Positions 14,097 to 28,051 of a DNA stretch of 64,000 bases are shown in pieces. A program made the position numbers and the translations under genes. This DNA is from the human T2T-CHM13v2.0 reference genome, Homo sapiens. Position 1 is the stretch's first letter. Every line of letters begins with the position of its first letter. The DNA is taken from the NCBI RefSeq assembly GCF_009914755.1, contig NC_060929.1. One strand, given 5' to 3'. The notes below the pieces were generated by a model. The model searched no databases. It was not told the DNA's origin and saw only the letters and a list, made by a program, of their open reading frames with translations.

Positions 14097-14400
14097 CTTG
14101 AGGTGACTATGACGTAAGATGAGCCTAGGAAGGTCCGTCAGCCTGGGATGGAGGGAACCTCCCCAGTGATGCCCACTTCCTTAGACTGTGTGTGCCACAC
14201 AGTCCTCACCCTTAAGGCCCGAAGCCTGGGAGATAATCCCTGCAGGGACGGAACACCACAAGGTGAATATTTTTGCCACTGACAGGCTGCTTAGAGATGA
14301 CAGTCACCAGTTGCCACTGATGTCCAGAGGGACCCAGTGCCAATGGCCAAAGTCTGCTTAGTCCAGGAGGGACATCCTGGCCCCCAGCTCAGGCATGATC

Positions 14401-14605
14401 CTAGAGCAAAACTATCCAACAGGCATTCTGCACTGGCAGAAATGCTCCACAGTCCAGTACCCTAGCCATTAGCCTTGTGTGGCTTCAGAGCATGTGAAAT
14501 TTGCCCAGTCAAACTGACAAACATTTAAAATGTGATTTTATTACCACCTCTTCAGTTTAATAGTCACATGTGCTGTATGGCTACCACATTGGACAGCAGA
14601 GTTTC
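14401..14605. mobile_element. MER3-like hAT-Charlie fossil
   Basis: ctagccattagccttgtgtggct...aatagtcacatgtg...tggctaccacattggacagc resembles MER3. Confidence 0.55.
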
Positions 14606-14804
14606 AGAACTTTGAATAAAGAGTTGGACCAAAACAAAAAAGAAAAAAAAAAGATATTTTGTAGTCAAAGAAACACACTAATGAAACCAGTGACTTTTTA
14701 AACCTATCAGACATATATTTGCAACATTCATTTGCTTCTTTTCCATTAAATACTCAATATTCGTGAGCACATGGAGAAATTAAACCCTCGTAGACCAATG
14801 GAGT

Positions 14805-15090
14805 GTCTATCAATATATCATCCAACATCTATCCATCTATCTATCACCTATCCATCTATCAATTTATCTATCCATCTATCTATCACCTATCCATCTATCA
14901 ATTTATCACCTATCTATCCATCCATCTATCCATCCTTCTATGATCTATCCATGTATCCATCTATCATCTGTCCATCCATCTATCCATCCATATATCTATC
15001 AATTATCTACCTGTCTGTCCATCCATCTATTTATCTATCTATGATCTATCTGTGATTTATTTGTCTATCTCTACCCATCCATCTATATAT
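14805..15090 (+). repeat. Degenerate (TCTA)n/(TCCA)n simple repeat
   Basis: Visible tetranucleotide repeat. Confidence 0.9.
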
Positions 15091-17774
15091 AAATTTTAAG
15101 ACATGCAACTGGCCACAATTATCAAGCCTTTTTAAAAGTATATGTACTTCGTCCCAGAAATTGTATTTCTAGTTATCTTTTCTAAAGAAATAATTGAAGG
15201 CTCAGACAAAGATTAGGGTGCACAATTATCAATAACATCATTAATTCAAATTATAAAAAATTCCAGACCTACTCAGTGTTCAAAAATAGAGCAATCATTA
15301 AATGGATTATTTCTCCAAAAGGATGGCATGTTTCTAAGGATATTAAATGACACAAGAAAATGCTTATATCCTTTTAATTGAATAAGTCTGAATATAAAAT
15401 AATACATGGAATATGACCCTTAGTTTATGTTTATGTTTACATGTCTAATAAAAAAGAGAAAGAGAGAGAGAGGGAGATGTATTTCGATGCCTAATGAAAA
15501 GACAGATATGACTAAGGTCACATCTAAATGAAAGAATTATTCTTCTTTTATAATTTACTGTATTTTCTTAAATGTGCCTAAATTATTTTTACCAAAAGAA
15601 AAAATCAATGACATTAATTATTTCAGTCCAGTGGTGTGTCATTCAGATAATGGGCATTTGAACTAGTACATGGTACCCAGGGAGACGAGTAGACAGCTCT
15701 CGGCACTTACTCTTTCCAAGCTATTTGGGTACCAGTTACGTGCATTCTAGCTGAATAAATTAATTGACTAGTGGTTTAATGTGTGGATTATTTTCAGATG
15801 CTCTCTTTCTCTCCTGGCTGAGTGCAGCTCTGCAAAGAGTCGGGTCCCATGGAAACTCTGGTTCCGAGGGAGCAACAGCGTAGACACTGACACTGTGGAA
15901 CATTCACCTGTTAAACTAATAATAGCTGCCACACAATCAAACACGAAAACCCAGTGATGGAAGTTAATGGACTCTGAGAAGTAACCACCTTACACCTTGC
16001 AGCTAGGCACACATTTGGAAGCTCTAGGAAGTGGAAGGCATCGCTCCCTCCTTGTGGGTCCTTTCTCCACAACTGCAGCTTGCAAGGGGCCCAGGCGGCT
16101 GAGAGTATAGATGTGCTTCCTGGGGTGCACAATCTAATTCCACCCCCCCAGGAGGGCCAGGCAACCGCTCCAAAATTGAATTCTATGCAAACTTGTGATG
16201 ACTAACTTAGTGAATCATGTCAAATTTTAAACTTCATTTTATTTTATTTTTTATCAGCTGCTGGATAATTGAAGGAGAGAAGGTGCCCGACTGACATCCT
16301 GCCCCAGGCATCAGCTGCCTTGCACAGCCTCTCCTCCCAAGACAGATGTCAGGAAGGCATGTGGCTCCCCCAGAAGCAGAGCCCTCCACCCTGTCACACT
16401 CCCGGCACTCTCTCCTGTCAGGCTTCCGTCTCATCTCTGTTCCATCAGCCTCTCCCTCCTACAGAAAGTAAACATCCCTCCAAATAAATGATTGATAAAA
16501 AATGAACTTTCAAAAAAAGTAGTGACCCTCAAATCTCACTTAGAAATTCTCATTTTGACACAGAGTTTGCCTAAACTATTATCCAATATTTTTAGAAAAC
16601 CACCAAAGTCCCAATTACCAGCAAAATAAAGTATAAATCACAGACCATATTTTCCCCATATTTAACGATTTGCAGAGGAAGGTGCCACTTTTTAAAATAA
16701 ATAAATGGATGACAAATCATCCAGCACATTCCACTGATAGACGAACTTCCTGCTGTCAGTCAGAAGTGAACCCCAATTTCCCTAACCCAGGAGGTATCTC
16801 TCCTGTCATGCTGTTCACATCTGACAGCGGGCTGAACTCTGCCCCGTCCCTATCTGGAAATGGATTTCACATCAGAACTCACGCAACTATGTTCTCACAA
16901 AGTTCAGCTTGAAAGCCTAACATCCAAAAGGTCTGTTTTACCCCCCAATTTCTACAAGATTCTACAAGAATGGTAACTGGGTCACATTACACATCTTGTA
17001 TCTTAAGCTAAAACAAAATAAATGAAACAAAAACCCCCAGAACAATAGAATATAAAATACTGCATGTGTAAAACGTCACAGAACGACCTAAAGAACACTT
17101 TCTCGGAAAATCTCTTTTTCTCTGTTCTAACCTGAAAAACATACTTTCTTAACATCAGGGAATAATTCTAAAAGAAAACAATGGGACAACAATAACTGGC
17201 TGCAGTGAATGAGTGTCTCTGCTTGGGCATACTTAGTGTGGGCAAAGTGATCTCAGGTGACAACAAGAGTCAAGGAGCTGACTCTTGCTCCTTGAAGAAC
17301 TGTTTGTTTCTGTCACTGGCACCAATTCTGACTATAGGTAGATCTTTAAGCAAATGTAGTGATGTTTTAAGGATAAATTGGAGGTAATTCTTTATTTTTC
17401 AAACATATTCGTGATTGCCCTCATTTATATGTTAAACTTCCAAATCTAGTTTAAACTAATCGACTTTCATTATACACACTGTCTCATTGTCTTTCAAAAT
17501 GGAAACATCTATTGCATAGAGGCAGGCAAGTCCATAATAGGTATCACATGGGGAGAGAATCAAGGTGTTAGGGTGGGGGAAATTAGAAAGAAACTCTTCA
17601 CTTTGTTGGAGAATGTAACACCATGCTCATGCCTCTGAGTCTCTGTGAAATTCTGCAACAGTTACTCCTGGCTTTCTTTCCACTTTTCCTTCTTCTCTGT
17701 ATTCACCTTTTCTCCTTGTCCCCTTAAAACACAAAGTGATGAGCTAAGTAAAAAGAGCTGATCTTAATTAAACT

Positions 17775-19150
17775 GGAAAAACTTGATACTAATATCTGCA
17801 CTCAGAAAAATAACATTGGATCCCTATCTCACACCACATCCAGAAATCAACTCAAAATGGATGAAAGATTTACATATACGTTCTGAAATTGTAAAACTGT
17901 TAGAAGAAAACGTAGAGTCAAAGCTTCATGACGTGGGTCTTGGCAGTGATTTTCTGAATATGACCCTCAAAGCACAGGCAACAGAAGTAAAAATAGACTA
18001 AGGGATTACATCAAACTAAAAGCTTTTTCACAGCCGAGGAAACAATTAACAGGGTGAAGAGACAAACTACCAATTGGGAGAATAAATTTGCCAACCATAC
18101 ATCTGGCTAATATCAAAAAGATATAAGAAACTCAAACAACTAAACTGCAGAAAAACAGATAAGATAATTTAAAAATGGACAAAAGGCCCAAATGGACCTT
18201 TCTCAAAAGATGAGACATACAAATGAACAACAGGTATATGAAAAGGTGTTGGAAATCAATAATTATCAAGGACTTGCAAATTAGAACCATGAGTTACAAC
18301 CTCATACCTGATTATCAAAAAGAAAAAAGACAGCAAATGTTAGTGAAGATGCGGAGAAAAGGAAACCCAATACTTCTGGGAAGATAAAATTGCTACTGCC
18401 ATTATAGAAGAGTGGATGGACGTTCCTAAAAAATTAAACATAGAACTCTCATATAATCCAGCAATCCCACTACTGGATACATATCCAAAGGAAATGAAAT
18501 CAACATGTCAAAGAGATATCTGCACCTCCATGTTTATTGTGGCACTATGCACAACAGCTAAGTTATGGAGTCAACTTTAGTGTCGCTAATCAGATGAATG
18601 AATAAAGAAAATGTAGTATATATACATAGTGGAGTGCTATGTATCGATTAAAAATAATGATGTTCTATCATTTCCAACAACAAGAATGAACCTAGAGTTA
18701 TGGTCAGTAAAATTATGTGGTGTGAAATTAGGTGCAGAAATATTAATACTGCATGATCACACTTATATGTCAAATCTAAAAAAGTCAAAGTCATGCAAGT
18801 AGAGAGTAGAATGGTGGTTTCCAGAGGCTAGGGAAAGAGATACTAGCCAAAGGGTGCAAAACCTCACTTAGGCAGGAAAAGAGATACTGGCCAAAGGGTA
18901 CAAAACCTCAGTTAGGCAGGAAAATGTGAGATCTATTGCACAGCATGGTGACTACGGTTAATGATAATGTACTTCATATCTCAAAATTGCTAACAGTATA
19001 TTTTAAATGTTCTCATTAGAAAAATATAAACTGATGGATATGTTAATTAGCTTTAATCACTCTACAATGTATCCAAATATTAAAACATCACATCGTACCC
19101 CATACATTTATACAACTATTATTTGTCAATTAAAAATAAATTTTAAGAAA
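17775..19150 (+). mobile_element. L1MA-type LINE-1 3' fragment with an internal ~44-bp tandem duplication (about 18835-18924)
   Basis: Translates LDPYLTPHPEINSKWMKDL (L1 ORF2). The 3' UTR ends tatttgtcaattaaaaataaa. Confidence 0.85.
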
Positions 19151-19339
19151 CCAAAAACAATATATGAATACCCTCTTGTGCACAGGAGTTATATCAAGCA
19201 CAAAGTATGGCAGAAAGAGAAGGCATGTTCTCTGCCCTGGGGGGAGGGGGACATAATTGTGGAGAAGAGAGTCTGACAGACCCCTGAGGTGCCCATTCTA
19301 TGTCTCTTTCCCCTTGCCAAAGGCAGGCAGTTGTATCAA

Positions 19340-20127
19340 GTCAAAGATGAGGGAGAATCAGTCAGGATGGGACACCCTACACTGCAGTAACCAACAGCCC
19401 TGGACTTACAGTGACTTCACGGAGCAAAGGTTTCTTTCTTGTTAATATCCTGTGTCCCTCGAGGAGCACAGGGTCCTCTGCTCACCCTCATAGGCAAGGG
19501 TCCAGCTGATAGAGGCTTCCTCTGAACACAAGCTTCCAGATCATCAGAGCAGAGGAAAGGATACCTGCTGCTGGTGCACCAGCCCCAAACGGTGCTCTTG
19601 GAATTGAGAGATGCTTCTCAGTTTGCATTTCACTGCTCCAAGTATCATGTGACCACATCCAGCCTCAAGTGAGTGAAGAAGAGATGACCACCACGTTCAC
19701 AGAAGAAGAGGCTAGGAATGTGTGATCAGAGTAAGGACCACCATAGGCGGGAATGTGCCCAGCCCTGGGAACAAACTCTGCTGGAAGATTCTTAGGAAGG
19801 AGTGTTCTTTCAGATATAAGTGAATCCCTTTTCTTCTGCCTGTCTTTCTCCCTGTTTGAATGAGTTTGTGTGAGGATGTGATGTTTGGATCTGTGGCAGC
19901 TATTTTGAAGCCACAAGGCAACTCCAACAAGCTGATAGTGACAGAGAAGGAAAATAAAGAGGGCCTGAGAACGAATGCATGACACCAGAGTGCTTCCACA
20001 CCTAACTCTGAACTACACACCTCAGGCTTCTTATGTGAGACAATGGAGCTACTTTTCTGTTTAAGCCTTGATTAGTCAATTAGTCAGATATTTTATTGCT
20101 TGTAGATGAATGAATCCAAACTGACAC
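19340..20127. mobile_element. Degenerate old MLT1-type MaLR LTR fragments
   Basis: tgtggcagctattttgaagccac...ttttctgtttaagcc...tgcttgtagatgaatgaatccaaactgacaca is MLT1-like. Boundaries are uncertain. Confidence 0.4.
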
Positions 20128-21373
20128 AATCACAGTTCTGCAAATAACGAGCTACAGCATAGACTTGGCAGCATTGCAATAGAGATCTAACATTCAGTGA
20201 AGAGCTAACATTCAGTAACATTCAGTGAATGAGTTCCCCAGGAAGGAGAACTCATTCCACTGGGGCAGTTGCAGACAGTCTCTTGAGGAGTAAAGATGCT
20301 GACAGATCGGTTGGCACCTGGAATACAGACATTGTCTGCAGAGACTGCCTGCAAGGGACAGCATCCTTTCTGGTAACCTCTCATTTGGTCATGGTTCACT
20401 GACTCAGCACCAGGCTTTGCGCTAGATCCTGGGTGCTAGAGACTCAGTTGATCACAGTGTTTATCACCAATGCCACGGGAAAGCAGAATGAATGAGGATA
20501 CCTCACTTCTATAGTCAGAAAACCGGCAGGTTTAAAACACAGAGGCTGTGGTCTCTGCATCACAGGTGGGCAGGGCCTCCCTGATGACAGGACCTCACAG
20601 AGAAGGTGGAAGGGACAGGCAGCAGGGGAGCGGCTTCATCAGGGGTGTTGGGTCCACTTGTGCTGCAGCAGGCAGAAGGTGGCAGATCACCTCGCCTCTG
20701 GACATCCTGGTCCTCTCTGCCAATATCTGTCACTGCATATGGCTATCAGTTTACATCTCTGTCATTCAGTGGGCTCTGATTCCTACCTTCATCTAGCACA
20801 GAAGGTAGCACCTGACTTAGCAGGAGGCTGCAAGTAACTTGAATAGACCTCAGAATTCCAGATGAAAGCAGCTCTAGAAACTCGGAGTGTAATTAACTGT
20901 AGAAAATTTGAGAAGTTTGAAGCTGGCAACAGCAATTGAAGGAATTTTAAAAGCAATTGAAGGAGCTTTCCTTTCCTGTCCTTAATGAGGGTAGCTTTAA
21001 TTAAACTCCATTAAAATCTGGCAGTTTTGCTCTCTTTAATTTGATCCATTGTGATTCGGACAGCATTGAATCAGTGCTGAACTAAAAAGACACATCAAAA
21101 GGTGTCCTTTCAGTTCACCAGTCTGAACACTGAATTCCAGAATGATACGCAAAGATAAAACAGGATGATTTATAGTGTGGAAAGGAAAAGGGGAGAGAGG
21201 ATGAAACTCCCTAAGATCATAACAGGTGAGCAAAGAGGTAAAAGAAAACTTCTCTCCAAGTCTCAGAATGACAAGAGTATTTGGAAAAATAAGAGGAGGT
21301 GCTCATTTATGGGACACAAGTAAACTCATGGAGCTTCCCCAGGAAGTGGCAGAGGGAAGAAACTGCCAGACAC

Positions 21374-21588
21374 CTGGAGCTCAGGATGTCAAGGGGTTGG
21401 TGCCACCACCCACATGTGGGACTAACTGGATCTCAGGATGTGAAGGGGGGCTGGTCCCAACACCCTCATGTGGGACTGACCCCAGCTCAGGATGTCAAGG
21501 GGCTGGTCCCACCACCCTCATGTGGGACTGGCTAGAGCTCAGGATGTCAATGGGCTGATCCCACTGCCTCATGTGGGACTGGCTGGAG
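21374..21588 (+). repeat. Minisatellite, ~52-bp unit x4
   Basis: Unit approximately ctggagctcaggatgtcaaggggctggtcccaccaccctcatgtgggactgg, tandem with no spacers. Confidence 0.9.
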
Positions 21589-21798
21589 CCGCTGCCAATT
21601 TTCTAGGGCCTTACTCTGACCATCTTCACATCATCACATGGAAACCCAGGGTGTTCTCTCCCTCCCCTCTCCCTAGGGTGCCCCCAGGCTGTGGTCTGCA
21701 TGGGCCGTGGGAAAAGGTCCTGTCCACATGTGCTCACTGACTGTGAGTTTGGCTAAGACCTTCCCCAACAAGAGCCAGAAGCTCCAGGTGTTAAGCCC

Positions 21799-22232
21799 TA
21801 TAGTGGGTTGAACAATGCCCCCTAAAGGTACATCCACAGCCCAAGCCCTGGCACCTGTGGATGCGGCCTCATTCGGAAAAAGGCTCTTTGTAGTAACTAA
21901 TTTAAGGATCTCAATATGCACAAATTATTACGGATTATCTGGATGGCCCGTAAATCTATTAAGTGTCCTTGCAAGAAACAGGAGAAAAGACACACACACA
22001 AAGAAGGTCATGAGCTGAGGAGGTGGAGAGCATATTGATGTGACCACAAGTCCAGGGACACTGGGAGCCACCAGAACCTTGAAGAGAAGGACCCTCCCCT
22101 CGAGCCTCCGAAGACAGTGTAGACCTGCCAACAGCGTGATTTCAGACTTCTGACTTCCAGAAGCGTGACAGAACAGACTTCTGTTGTTCCAAGCCACCCA
22201 GGTCCTGGTGATTTGTGATAGCAGCTGCAGAA
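21799..22232. mobile_element. MLT1 (B/C/D-like) MaLR LTR
   Basis: tagtgggttgaac...ttcggaaaaagg...gatttcagacttctgacttccagaa...ttctgttgttccaagccaccca...tttgtgatagcagc. Confidence 0.75.
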
Positions 22233-23806
22233 TGCGGATCCCAGCCCCTTCCCGCTTTGCTCCTGAGGGCCCTGAGCTGAGGCGTCCTCTGGCTTCGGTG
22301 TCGCTGATGGTGTGTAGGAAGCACAGGGACACATCGGCCTCCCAGGTGCCCTCAACCAGGCACTCCAGTCCTCACAAGCAGACACATCTGGGCCTCTGGC
22401 AATGGCAGAGACCAGGCTAGGCCCTGACCGTCCACACAGAAGCTTCTAGGAACTCTGGGGAAGGCTGGCAGGCCTCAAGGACACTCATAGAACCAACCCT
22501 TCCTCTGGCAATCTTTCATGAAGCAGCTGTTTTATGCAGGGCACTCTGCTTGCCAAAGCTCATCTCAGGAAATTCAGAAGCCCCAAAGTCAGTGAACAGG
22601 CTGTTTCAACTTCATAATTGAGCCTTCTGAATGCTGCATCCAAAGCCCAGCCCCATGCCATCTTTGTGGTCATCCCTCAATAAATATCTGTCCAGCGACA
22701 GCCTTTTGATCTGTTATGTAACCCTGCTTAAGGAAAACTGTGCATGCCCTTGACAACTTGGGTGCAAAAATCCACAGTGGGAAGTCATTGAGGTTTTCAG
22801 TTTTCAACACACGTAAAGGTAATTTAAAAAAAATGATTCTTCACATTATTTTGAGTGTTTTGTAAAGCCCCTGCTACGTTTCTTGTGGTGTTAACTGACC
22901 GGCTGAGTTTCTATTTGGGGTCCCGTTGTAGTTAGGTCTTCTCCCCTGGGTCTTGCCTCCTAACTTACTGAATATACTCTGGGTACCGCTGCCCTTAGAC
23001 ATGACTGGAAGACCCCGTGACTCCAGAATCATCTTATTCCAAAGACCAAACACAGGAAATGGCAGCGCTTTAAGCATAACCCATTTCGTCTTTTTGCTTT
23101 TCTATTTATTGATGGTGTTTTGTGAGCAGAAGAAATACAAATATTAGGTAACTAACTATACTGAAAGAAGAATTCCAGAGTATAGGACTCCGTGAATTTT
23201 AAAGTAAGACTCAGGAGGATATGTGCCAACGGCAAAGAAACTTGGATGAAGGTAAGACATATTTCAAGTTCTTCCATGTTTTAGCTTCAAGGTATATTGC
23301 CCATGATGTACCTAATTTATTCGGTAATAAGATTTCCAGGCGAGTGCTGGGATTGGATGACCAATCTCATGCCATGGCTGAGGCCAGGGCCAACTTGGGT
23401 CAGGATAAGCAGGAGGGAAAAGATGGTCTCAGCCGTACTCACCAACCATCCTTGAAAAGGATGCTCTATCTCTGGCCACCATTTCTCATCCTTAGGATTT
23501 TATTTGCACCAATCCCATTCCATCTCCAATCTCACTAAAGTTTCTGGAAGGAAATGCAATCAGATTGTGACATAAAGCCATTCAACAAGCAGGCAGACAA
23601 TGCGGTATACACTACATGCTCTAAAATAAACTCTATTGATGTAATGTTGTTTTGCCCCAAAACTGACCCTTTAAGCATGTGGTCATGGGTAATCAAGGTA
23701 ACTAACGCTTCCTCCACACCTCCCTGCTGGTCACTCAGCAGACATTGGGAGACACCAAGTAGAGGACATCTGTTCTGCAAACAAAAGTAGCATTCTCATT
23801 CATTGG

Positions 23807-24241
23807 TGATACGGTTTGGATTTGTGTTCGCACCCAAACCCCATGCCAAATTGTAATCTGCAATCTTGGAAGTGGGGCCTGATGGGAGGTGATTAGATCA
23901 TGGCTGCAAAGTTCTCAAGAATGGTTTGGCACCATCCCTTTGGTGCAACTCTTGTGTTAGCAGTGAGTGAGTTATTGTGAAATCTGGTTGATTAAGAGTG
24001 TGTGGCACCTGTCCCCTCAATCTCTCTTGCTCCTGCTCTGGTCCTGTGACCTGCCTGCTTCCCCTTCACCTTCTGCCATGATTGTAAGTTTCCCAAGGCC
24101 TTCCCAGAACCCAAGCAAGCAGATGCCAACATCATGCTTCCTCTACAGCCTGTAGAACCATGAACCAATTAAGCCTCTTTTGTTCATAGATTACCCAGTC
24201 TCAGGTATTTCTTTATAGTAGTGCAAGAATAGACTAAATAT
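23807..24241. mobile_element. MST-family MaLR solo LTR
   Basis: tgatacggtttggatttgtg...gccatgattgtaagtttcc...ttacccagtctcaggtatttctttatag...gactaa. Confidence 0.85.
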
Positions 24242-24252
24242 AATTGGCTTTG

Positions 24253-24372
24253 GTTGAGTGGGCATGGTGGCTCATGCTTCTATTTCCAGCACTTTGGGAG
24301 ACCAAGATAGGAGGATCATTTGAGGCCAGGAGTTCGAGACCAAACTGGTCAACATAGTAAGACCCCATCTGT
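24253..24372 (+). mobile_element. Alu left-arm (FLAM/AluJ-like) fragment
   Basis: gggcatggtggctcatgc...ccagcactttgggag...gaggccaggagttcgagacc...gaccccatct. Confidence 0.8.
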
Positions 24373-24389
24373 CTATATATATGTACACG

Positions 24390-24530
<141 letters not shown>

Positions 24531-25987
24531 TGGGGTCTTACTATGTTGATTCAGGCCCTGGTGGGCACTGAGTGCCAGGCCCATGGCCCCTCTCCCTTGG
24601 GCACAGACTCCCAGCCTCCACCTGTCCAAACTGTACAGTCTCTGCATTTCTACCAGCCAGTCTTCGGTGGCCTTGTGGGCAAGTTCGTGGCTCCTCCCTT
24701 GGCCATGTCTCCTTCATGCTGCCTGTGCACAGTCCCTTGAGCTACCATTCCACAGGGGTCCATGTCCAGAAGTGCCTGTGGGCCAGGACATTTAGACATG
24801 CAGCAGATTGCCCATTGCATGCATTGGCTCCTGTTGCCTTGGTGTTCAGCTTTGACCTCCATGGGGCTGGCCCAGGAGATCAATGCCAGCAGCAAGCATC
24901 TCACCCTCCTCAGAAAGTGTCCTGTGCTTATCCTCTTCTTCCCAGGCGGGGCTTCCCAGAGGTGCCCCCTCGGCCCCTGCACCCTTCATACTTTGCCAGG
25001 CTTTCCCAGGGGAGTGACAGAGACATGCAGGGTGGACAACCCATTGCAAGTGCTGCGGTGCAGCTTCTACCCCACACAGGCCAGTAGTTCCCACACCAGG
25101 AGTTTCCATCCCAGGGAGGTTCATGCCCTGAAGATCTCAGGTGAGCTCACCCCTGGACAGTCACAAAGAAGGCTTATGGATACTCTCCCAAATCAGAAGC
25201 CTTAAAAGCAAACACCCTAGAGAGACTCTTACACAGAGACACAAAAAGGCATGTGCACAGCCAGCTCCTGCAGCACCACGTACACTTGTTACTAATTAGA
25301 AACCATTTAAGTGTCCTTTATGAAGCAGGTAATTAGATAAACTACAGCACACTCATGCCCTGCAATCCTGAGCAACAGTTTTTAAAACACGGGGAAAATC
25401 TATATGTGCTGACATTAAAAAAACAGGCAAGATATTGTTCAGAGAAAAAAACTCGGGTTCCAGCCAAACATCATGTCTTCCAGGGCTACCTACAAGAGGG
25501 TGACATTTTACCATAGAAACTCCATGGGGGCTGGCGAAGGAGGTCCTTGTAACTGAAGGTGGGCGAGGGGCCAAAGCCCATCAGGCTGGGAGGGGCAGCA
25601 TGACCTTCAGGCAAAAAGAGGGACAAGGCACGGATAGCATGAGGTCCCAGAAGCCCATGTGCTGGGCAGCCCAGCTGGAAAAGGACTACCCTGGAATAGA
25701 CTGGAGCTAGGTCAGAAAAGTGGACAGAAACCAAATCAACAATTAGGAATCATTTATGCCTTTGCTTAGAATTTTGGACGTACTTTCTAGATGATGGAGA
25801 AAAACTTGATAACTATTATCTTGATGAGAATAATTTGGTTAGTTTATCAAGTACAAAGATCATATTTAAGTATAATGGAAGGTACATGAAAATGGAACCA
25901 GACTTAAGGCAGAGAGATCTTTTAGGGAATAATGACAATAGCCCAGTCTGTTCACGATGTCAGTTTAAGTAAAAGGATGCTACCATG

Positions 25988-26119
25988 TAGGGTGACCATA
26001 TAATTTATTGTCCAACCCAAGAAAACCTAAAAAAATGAAATATGGTAGCCAGAGAGACATTGGGACAGAAGGCATAAATTGGGAATGTCCCAGGTAAACT
26101 GGAATGTATGATCATCCCA
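25988..26119. mobile_element. hAT-Blackjack (MER81/MER94-like) miniature element
   Basis: Imperfect TIRs tagggtgaccata / tatgatcatccca with internal gggac/gtccc motifs. Confidence 0.55.
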
Positions 26120-27542
26120 GTAATAGGCGACAAAGAAGAGAAACACTGGGATGATATCCATACAGTAACATATTGCCTGATATCTCCATGAAAGCAGGAG
26201 CACATCTCCTTTTCTGTTCATCATTTACCATTTATCTCCAGAGCTGCTCCATTACCAGGAACATCATGGCGCTCAATAAATAACCTTTGAATAAATGGAT
26301 GTTGAAGAAGACAGAATTGAAGATGGACAACTTATTCACACCTTGGGATCCCCAGAGTGCAAATAAGATTTTCCGAGGAGGGTGCCTGGGCTGAGGAGAG
26401 GGGAAAAACAGAATGTATGACAGCATGGAAGTTAGGAAGTAGGCAAAGAAGAAATTAAGGGAAAGTTAGATGGAGAAGGAGTGACCAGAGAGATAAAAGA
26501 ACACTTTAGAAGGGGTTGTATCAGTGACGGTGGGTGTCAGAGCCACAGCCACTGAAGCTTGACTTAGAAGTCTGCAGCAGAATGGAATGAGGTCCCTTGG
26601 GTTGCAGGATCAAACTGCTTCGAGCACTCTATTTCATGGAATATGTTCCTTCAACCCCCAGAATCCCAATCACCTCAAGTGCTTATTTAAAATTCAGATG
26701 TTGGAACCAATCCTGCACTTAATGAATCCGAATATCTCTGAGCAAGGTCCAGGAATTTTAACATGTTTTCTGAGGGACTCTGAAGTTTTAGAATCCTAGG
26801 ATAATATATGGCCTTTCCACTTGGATTTTGAAGACCAAGGAATAAAAGATGGGCTTAGAAAGGAGAAGACAATTCTGGGCTGAGAACTGTGGGTTGTAAA
26901 AGTGAAAGCAATAAATAGGAATAAACAATAGATCTGGGCAGATGCCAACCACACATTTCACCAAGAACACTCCTCTCGTGTGAAGAAAACGTGGACAAGA
27001 TTAAAATAAACTTTCTAGGAGATGAGGAGAATAGATCCACAGTTGCTAATTCCTTCAAGCTTCACTTGATGTATTTTAGCCATGAACATGAAGACATATG
27101 ATATGTATGGAGATAAAGTCTTCATTCTCTTGTGAAGATGAAACTCAGGATATTTTAGTAGAGTAATAAAATAAAGGTAACTCTGATTGCAAAATGACTA
27201 GTGCACGCGAGAATGAAAGAGTGATAAAAATAATGATTATTCAAGGCCCTGGTAATAACCCAGATAGGCAACTCTAAGGGCTTGAACTTGGGAGGGATGA
27301 ACATGATCTCAAAGATGCTTTTGAGATAGGCTTGGCAGATCATAGTAAACAGATGTAGGCAGCATGTAAAAAGGGAAGTAAAACAGGCTCCTGGGCTGCA
27401 GGAGAAAGCATTCACTGAGGTGGATGATGGGAGGATGTGGAGGGGAGGGGTGAAAGGTGATTCATCTGGGCAAGAAAGTAGGACACATGGTAATCAGGCA
27501 TTTGGAAATTTTCACAGATGCACCTTTCTGGTGTCAGGCAGG

Positions 27543-28051
27543 GTGATGGTTACTTTTATGTGTCAACTTTGCAGGGACACAGGGTGCCCAGATTAAACAT
27601 TACTGCTGGATGTGTCTGGAAGGGCGTTTTAGGGGAGATCACCATGTGAGTCAATGGAGTAGATTGCCCCCCCCCCCCCCACACCCCAAGATGACAGGTG
27701 TCATCCAATCCCCTGAGGGTCCGGAAAGAGCAAACACAGAGGAGGAAAACAATGAACGCTTTTGCTTCCTGGCTGCCTGCTGGAGCTGAGACATAGATCT
27801 TCTCCTGCCCATGGACTAGGATTTGCACCGTGGACTCTCCTGGTTCTCAGACCTTTAGACTCAGCCTAGAATTATACCATGGGGTTTTGTGGGTCTCCAA
27901 CAAATCATGGGATTTCTTATCTTCCATAATCGCACGAATCCATTCATCATAACAAATTGCTTTTTATATATAAGTGTGTGTGTGTGCATGCGTGCATGTG
28001 TGTATACACACACACACGATTGGCTCTGTTTATCTGGAGAACCCTAATACA
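27543..28051. mobile_element. MLT2 (ERVL) solo LTR, containing a C14 run and a TG/CA repeat
   Basis: gtgatggttacttttatgtgtcaactt...attggctctgtttatctggagaaccctaataca termini. Confidence 0.8.
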
